64,000 bases of DNA from the human T2T-CHM13v2.0 reference genome, Homo sapiens, in assembly GCF_009914755.1 (NCBI RefSeq), contig NC_060936.1; one strand, given 5' to 3'. Position 1 is the first letter of the stretch; the number at the start of each line of letters is the position of its first letter. The translations under genes and the position numbers were made by a program. This document shows positions 56,770-64,000 of the stretch, piece after piece. The notes under the pieces were generated by a model that saw only the letters and a program-made list of their open reading frames with translations, was not told the origin of the DNA and ran no database searches.

Positions 56770-56884
56770 GGTCAACTGCTATGATGTGTTTGGAGCCCAG
56801 TCACCCTTTGGTGGCTACAAGATGTCGGGGAGTGGCCGGGAGTTGGGCGAGTACGGGCTGCAGGCATACACTGAAGTGAAAACT
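56770..56884 (+). CDS. ALDH2: ALDH2 exon 12 (Glu504, rs671 G at 56873)
   Basis: ttacag|; (W)[38 protein letters not shown]; |GTGAGT; 115 nt. Confidence 0.97.
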
Positions 56885-56893
56885 GTGAGTGTG

Positions 56894-57088
56894 GGACCTG
56901 CTGGGGGCTCAGGGCCTGTTGGGGCTTGAGGGTCTGCTGGTGGCTCGGAGCCTGCTGGGGGATTGGGGTCTGTTGGGGGCTCGGGGCCTGCCAGAGGTTC
57001 AGGACCTGCCGGGGACTCAGGGCCTGCTGGAAGTTCAGGACCTGCTGGGGATCAGGGCCTGCCAGGGATTTAGGGTCTGCTGGGCGGG
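56894..57088 (+). repeat. Degenerate 18-bp G-rich minisatellite (~11 copies)
   Basis: Consensus GGRCCTGCTGGGGGCTCA; units start at 56894, 56912, 56930, 56948, 56966, 56984, 57002, 57020, 57038, 57055, 57073. Confidence 0.9.
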
Positions 57089-57356
57089 CCACCTTTTGGC
57101 CTCTCCCTCATGCTTGAGGCCATCAGTGTTTCCTACTAATTTCCCATTTTAAGCCTGAGAAGTGACAAGAGAGGGTAAAGACCCAGCCTCTGCTCTGTCC
57201 CATGAGAAATACTGAGGGACGTGCCCCCATCAGGCCTATGCGGTCATTTGCTGGGCTTCGTTATACGCCAAGGCCTGTAGGCCTGAGAAGAGGGAGAGAC
57301 TTCAGGGGGCGGAGCGGAGAGGAAAAGCTTCTAGTAAGAATCTTTTCAGATTTTCA

Positions 57357-62357
<5,001 letters not shown>

Positions 62358-62453
62358 GCCCTTTCTGCTCACACTTAGTCAGCTCCTAGCTGAGGGGACC
62401 TACAGATCACAGGGAAGCAGGAAGATCTAACGGCTTCTCTGTCCCCCTTACAG

Positions 62454-62486
62454 GTCACAGTCAAAGTGCCTCAGAAGAACTCATAA
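62454..62486 (+). CDS. ALDH2: ALDH2 exon 13 coding part
   Basis: ttacag|; VTVKVPQKNS*; total CDS 1554 nt = 517 aa + stop. Confidence 0.97.
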   Translation, partial: VTVKVPQKNS

Positions 62487-62869
62487 GAATCATGCAAGCT
62501 TCCTCCCTCAGCCATTGATGGAAAGTTCAGCAAGATCAGCAACAAAACCAAGAAAAATGATCCTTGCGTGCTGAATATCTGAAAAGAGAAATTTTTCCTA
62601 CAAAATCTCTTGGGTCAAGAAAGTTCTAGAATTTGAATTGATAAACATGGTGGGTTGGCTGAGGGTAAGAGTATATGAGGAACCTTTTAAACGACAACAA
62701 TACTGCTAGCTTTCAGGATGATTTTTAAAAAATAGATTCAAATGTGTTATCCTCTCTCTGAAACGCTTCCTATAACTCGAGTTTATAGGGGAAGAAAAAG
62801 CTATTGTTTACAATTATATCACCATTAAGGCAACTGCTACACCCTGCTTTGTATTCTGGGCTAAGATTC

Positions 62870-64000
<1,131 letters not shown>

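Noticed and set aside
56772-57092. Antisense 106-aa ORF with QQALSP-like hexapeptide repeats overlapping exon 12
   Set aside because: By-product of the 18-bp minisatellite, which lacks stops in that frame; no promoter, splice or homology support visible

Overview
Human (primate) genomic DNA that I recognise as the 12q24 ACAD10-ALDH2 locus. It holds the last seven coding exons and 3' UTR of ACAD10 (1 to ~10.0 kb, +), an ~10 kb intergenic spacer, and the complete ALDH2 coding structure (+). ALDH2 has 13 exons with GT-AG introns, a CDS at 19896-62486 that sums to 1554 nt (517 aa), a CpG-island promoter and the active Glu504 (rs671 G) allele. The tailed mirtron MIR6761 abuts the exon 11 acceptor. 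Roughly half of the window by eye is Alu, plus THE1/MLT LTRs, L1, L2, MIR and MER elements; nearly all other ORFs in the track are Alu or GC-rich noise. The main observations beyond the annotation are: (1) ALDH2 and ACAD10 act on consecutive steps of 4-hydroxy-aldehyde/4-hydroxy-acid disposal, and the splice phases, a non-canonical ACAD10 poly(A) signal and a cryptic in-frame exon in the ACAD10 3' UTR allow an in-frame ACAD10-ALDH2 read-through; (2) a perfect 26-bp inverted repeat in ALDH2 intron 1; (3) an exact 17-nt intronic copy of the rs671 context; (4) an 18-bp G-rich minisatellite directly after exon 12; (5) a templated insertion at an inverted-Alu junction; (6) several small local duplications. 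No prokaryotic-type system or CRISPR array is present. Repeat boundaries are approximate and were read by eye.
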